IMG/VR virus record: IMGVR_UViG_3300009481_000004
Location: 1-34,942 of that record
DNA: 34,942 nt
Source: a virus
Direction: 5' to 3' (one strand)
Below the pieces are notes generated by a model, which did no database searches, was not told the DNA's origin, and saw only the letters and a list, made by a program, of their open reading frames with translations. The number at the start of each line of letters is the position of its first letter. Positions within the stretch are counted from its first letter, which is position 1. The translations under genes and the position numbers were made by a program. Of this stretch, positions 32,392-34,942 are shown in pieces.

Positions 32392-33362
32392 TATCTATAG
32401 ATCTGCCCACTGCGCACAGTTCCCATTTGTACTTCATCGGATTGAAATGTTATGGACCACTCGTCATTTAATGTAAAAATACCAGATTGGAATCTTATAA
32501 GCGCACCATAAGCAAGTGCTTGGTAGTCTCCATTCATTACTTCTGCATCCACTGATTTATGTCTACGCAGGCCAGTGTCATCTTTTGTAAATACATCGTA
32601 CTTAACGGTACTTGCAGTACCAGGTGCAAAGGTTCCTGCGGTGCTGATAACTACACGAACCTCATCGTAATCGGTGCTTGGTGGTCCGAACATTTTTATA
32701 TCTTCTATGTATCCAGTGCTAGAGCCATTAACACTGATTTCTCTGATCACACCAGATTCACTGCGAAACGATGTTTCGTTCCACATAACATAATCTCGTT
32801 TCTTCAACTTGGTCAAGATACCTTCCTCACCTAATACCTGCTCTTCAAGCTCGGCAGCTTTCTCAGTATCCTGACTGCGTACAAGGTCAGCGCAGGCTAA
32901 CAATGCATTGCTACGTATAACTATAAAATCATAAGACCTATCGCTTGCACCTTGATAGTTTGAATTACCGCGTTTATAGATAGGTCTATTTAAATAACTG
33001 CGCATGTGGTCCGCTTGTTCTTTGACCACTCTATTCTTTAGGTCCTCCCAATCTTGACCTGCTTCAAATACACTGGCATTGAATGCGCTAGTAGAACTAG
33101 ACCCTAAGTATACATCCACTGAATCTGTAGATTCTGAGTATTTGAATTCGTTATCTGCGTTTGGCGTATCACTGACCTTGGTTAATTCAACGCCATCTTT
33201 ATATAAATTTTCAATATAACCAGTGTTACTCAAGCGATACATATTACTACTAGGACTTGCCCAACTGGACATGAGTACACGTTTGCGATCGTATTTATCT
33301 ATGTCGCTAACAATCGCTTGAAGGTCAGTGGTTATATTGCAGAATGCTGTTAGGTAACTCAT
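32391..33362 (-). CDS. Virion structural protein, 323 aa (head-tail connector region by position)
   Basis: First large ORF of the tail block. No motif recognised. Confidence 0.45.
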   Translation of the reverse strand: MSYLTAFCNITTDLQAIVSDIDKYDRKRVLMSSWASPSSNMYRLSNTGYIENLYKDGVELTKVSDTPNADNEFKYSESTDSVDVYLGSSSTSAFNASVFEAGQDWEDLKNRVVKEQADHMRSYLNRPIYKRGNSNYQGASDRSYDFIVIRSNALLACADLVRSQDTEKAAELEEQVLGEEGILTKLKKRDYVMWNETSFRSESGVIREISVNGSSTGYIEDIKMFGPPSTDYDEVRVVISTAGTFAPGTASTVKYDVFTKDDTGLRRHKSVDAEVMNGDYQALAYGALIRFQSGIFTLNDEWSITFQSDEVQMGTVRSGQIYR

Positions 33363-33556
33363 GCTTGTGCTATCTCATTTATATTACTACTAGTAGGTAA
33401 AATGGTTACATCAGGTACATCAGCGCATATAATAAGCGCAATGATCGTGCCTAACGTAATATCAATATCTTGACGTGGGTCTTCAAGATTCTTTGCTAAT
33501 TCCTTTAACTCACACATTAAATGAATAAGATTATCAATTCGCTCTGCTTCATCCAT
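33359..33556 (-). CDS. Hypothetical protein, 65 aa
   Basis: ORF coupled to both neighbours by short overlaps. Confidence 0.5.
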   Translation of the reverse strand: MDEAERIDNLIHLMCELKELAKNLEDPRQDIDITLGTIIALIICADVPDVTILPTSSNINEIAQA

Positions 33557-34025
33557 ATTTCTGTACTATTTCACAGTATTTCTCTGGAGTACCACGGCCT
33601 TTCGCGGTATTATAATAGACCTTCCATTGTGTTGCCTGTTCCTCTAAAGTTCTAGGCAGTTTCTTAGGTATTCTGCGTAAATGCAATCTGCAAAAGACTA
33701 TTTGCGCTGCCAAATTCGTAGTAAGAATATACTCCCAGTCCTTTTCTTTTGGCGCAGTAAAGTGAGACCAATCCAGATAACACGCCTTTGCGACTACTTT
33801 CATTAGGTCTTTACGGTACTGTAAATAATTCTCAATGATGTCTACCGCAACCCAAGGTTCGCATTGATACACACCGCGAGCTGGTCCTTTTATCTGCTCC
33901 AAATAAACATACTTTGATTCTACCAAACCTATGTTATAAATGAACTCTGCTGCTTCAGAAGAATATAGGTCTATCTTCTGTAAGACACGCTTAATAAGTT
34001 TTTTTATTTGATCTGGGTTTATCAT
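33549..34025 (-). CDS. Lytic transglycosylase (SLT-like) protein, 158 aa; endolysin or virion-associated murein hydrolase
   Basis: GLVESKYVYLEQIKGPARGVYQCEP matches the catalytic E-S ... Q ... GPARG-x-x-Q signature of SLT domains. Confidence 0.72.
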   Translation of the reverse strand: MINPDQIKKLIKRVLQKIDLYSSEAAEFIYNIGLVESKYVYLEQIKGPARGVYQCEPWVAVDIIENYLQYRKDLMKVVAKACYLDWSHFTAPKEKDWEYILTTNLAAQIVFCRLHLRRIPKKLPRTLEEQATQWKVYYNTAKGRGTPEKYCEIVQKYG

Positions 34026-34099
34026 TTACGTTTACGCTTCATCTTAGATTTCTTTTTCTTCTTACCTTTCTTCTTTGTCTTACCGTAGTGATATGGCAT
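34022..34099 (-). CDS. Extremely basic mini-protein, 25 aa (MPYHYGKTKKKGKKKKKSKMKRKRK)
   Basis: A strong AAGGAGAG lies 5 nt upstream of the ATG at 34099. Its TGA overlaps the ATG of the transglycosylase gene as ATGA. Confidence 0.55.
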   Translation of the reverse strand: MPYHYGKTKKKGKKKKKSKMKRKRK

Positions 34100-34147
34100 T
34101 ATGCTCTCCTTACTGTGCTTCGTTAACTCTTGATTTACGCTTCTTCT

Positions 34148-34321
34148 TCATTTACCCACCTTCTTCATCGCACTGGTGTGTGATTGCCCAAAGGTTGCGC
34201 CTTTGCGCATTGCAGACACCATAGACCGCAGATGCCTTGCAGTGTGGTGTCTTGCATGCCTACGCATTGCGCTGACCTGACGTTTGCTTAATCCTGTTAC
34301 GCTAATACCTTTAACCTTCAT
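34148..34321 (-). CDS. Basic small protein, 57 aa, with three SAM[RK] repeats
   Basis: The ATG at 34321 overlaps the upstream TAA as TAATG. Translation is MKVKGISVTGLSKRQVSAMRRHARHHTARHLRSMVSAMRKGATFGQSHTSAMKKVGK. Confidence 0.5.
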   Translation of the reverse strand: MKVKGISVTGLSKRQVSAMRRHARHHTARHLRSMVSAMRKGATFGQSHTSAMKKVGK

Positions 34322-34605
34322 TACCACTTCACCTTATTTGACCAGTATTTTGCAGAGAACTTATTAGTGGTCCTGCCATGCCTTGCGTAATATGCACGCC
34401 TTCTAGCTTTCTGCGCTTTACTTTTTGGGTTCTTACCTGCGCCACTTACGCCTTGCTGACCAAACCTCACCACTTTGTATCTACCACCACTAGAAGCCAT
34501 CACTACATGTGACTTGGTCTTATGTCCAGGTGTACGTTTTGGTTTGTTCACTCCGCGCAGATTCAATCTACGCATCGTTGCTCTAATTCGTGCAGGTACT
34601 GCCAC
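34321..34605 (-). CDS. Conserved-looking basic protein, 94 aa
   Basis: KPKRTPGHKTKSHVV ... VRFGQQG ... ARHG ... KYWSNKVKW. The GTG start overlaps the upstream TAG as TAGTG; an ATG is available 10 codons in. Confidence 0.65.
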   Translation of the reverse strand: MAVPARIRATMRRLNLRGVNKPKRTPGHKTKSHVVMASSGGRYKVVRFGQQGVSGAGKNPKSKAQKARRRAYYARHGRTTNKFSAKYWSNKVKW

Positions 34606-34832
34606 TACTTACCTTTGAATACGCCTTCTAATACGTCTGTTACTACGTCTACCATTTTCTCAAAGAATATCTGTTCTTTATCTTCTGATACGAATGGTAT
34701 ATCAATTTTCTTATTGATTGCAGTAGCAATACTATCTCTCATTTCATCAGAAGCTAAATGCCCCATAGCTTGCTCTTGCATTTTATCTGCTTGTTGTTCA
34801 GCGAACTCTACTAGCATTGATTTTATGTCCAT
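34605..34832 (-). CDS. Acidic hypothetical protein, 75 aa; its start lies inside the terminal repeat
   Basis: The ATG at 34832 corresponds to position 13 in the left repeat copy. AGGAAAG lies upstream. Confidence 0.6.
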   Translation of the reverse strand: MDIKSMLVEFAEQQADKMQEQAMGHLASDEMRDSIATAINKKIDIPFVSEDKEQIFFEKMVDVVTDVLEGVFKGK

Positions 34833-34942
34833 GTTACTTTCCTTTTTTTATATTCATTAGCAATAGCACAATAGATAATAACGCCACTACAACTTGTAAT
34901 AATTCGTGAACCTGCGTTAACCCGATTGCATAATTACTAAAA
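34820..34942. repeat. Terminal direct repeat, right copy (identical to 1..123)
   Basis: Same comparison as the left copy. Confidence 0.95.

Larger units (their letters stand above)
1..34942. mobile_element. Complete tailed dsDNA phage genome (non-contractile long-tail type), closed-circle assembly, unique length 34,819 bp
   Basis: Terminase, portal, capsid, scaffold, tape measure, tail tube, fibre, lysis-like and replication genes are all present. Window ends are identical over 123 bp. Minus-strand ORFs run straight through the junction. Confidence 0.85.

Noticed and set aside
1-34942. tRNA, tmRNA, rRNA, integrase or att sites
   Set aside because: Reading every intergenic gap longer than 60 bp showed no cloverleaf-compatible GC-rich segment (no GTTCRANYC T-loop context). 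No ORF has tyrosine or serine recombinase motifs. A dedicated tRNAscan or Infernal run would be needed for certainty.

Overview
The window is a complete, circularly closed genome of a tailed dsDNA phage. The first 123 bp are identical to the last 123 bp, so the unique length is 34,819 bp. The tail module is of the siphovirus type: tube, chaperone pair with a -1 frameshift, and tape measure, with no sheath gene.

I read three transcription units:
- **Late, minus strand (13328 leftwards, across the window junction, to 24969).** In transcription order it carries a sigma-region-4-like regulator, TerS, TerL, portal, Mu-F-like protein, scaffold and major capsid protein. These are followed by a 1540-aa fibre with a Peptidase-G2-type C-terminus and a membrane / coiled-coil (lysis-like) cluster. 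After the junction come basic mini-proteins, a transglycosylase and the tail genes.
- **Early, minus strand (about 24950 to 15597).** It carries two XRE-type HTH proteins, SSB, an Hjc-like resolvase, a Dam-like methyltransferase, a MazG/DUF1599-like protein, two PD-(D/E)XK nucleases, a very long C5-cytosine methyltransferase, an exonuclease and a primase-helicase.
- **Small island, plus strand (13703-14927).** It has its own promoter-like motifs and a clean intrinsic terminator.

I could not recognise a DNA polymerase, integrase, tRNA or CRISPR array.

The most interesting items:
- A 570-bp non-coding region downstream of the primase-helicase holds 4 forward and 4 reverse copies of GGAGAAT[A/T]T plus a CAGGGTTTTT repeat set, and is a candidate origin.
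- The C5 methyltransferase has five or six TRD-like modules and an embedded HTH-like insert.
- A methyltransferase / MazG-like / double-nuclease block contains a 113-nt dual-coding overlap.
- The 10-mer GTGTTGACAA recurs at the heads of the early units, once as a perfect 11-bp inverted repeat.
- A translationally coupled run encodes extremely basic mini-proteins.

All functional calls come from motif recognition by eye and from gene order. No database search was possible.
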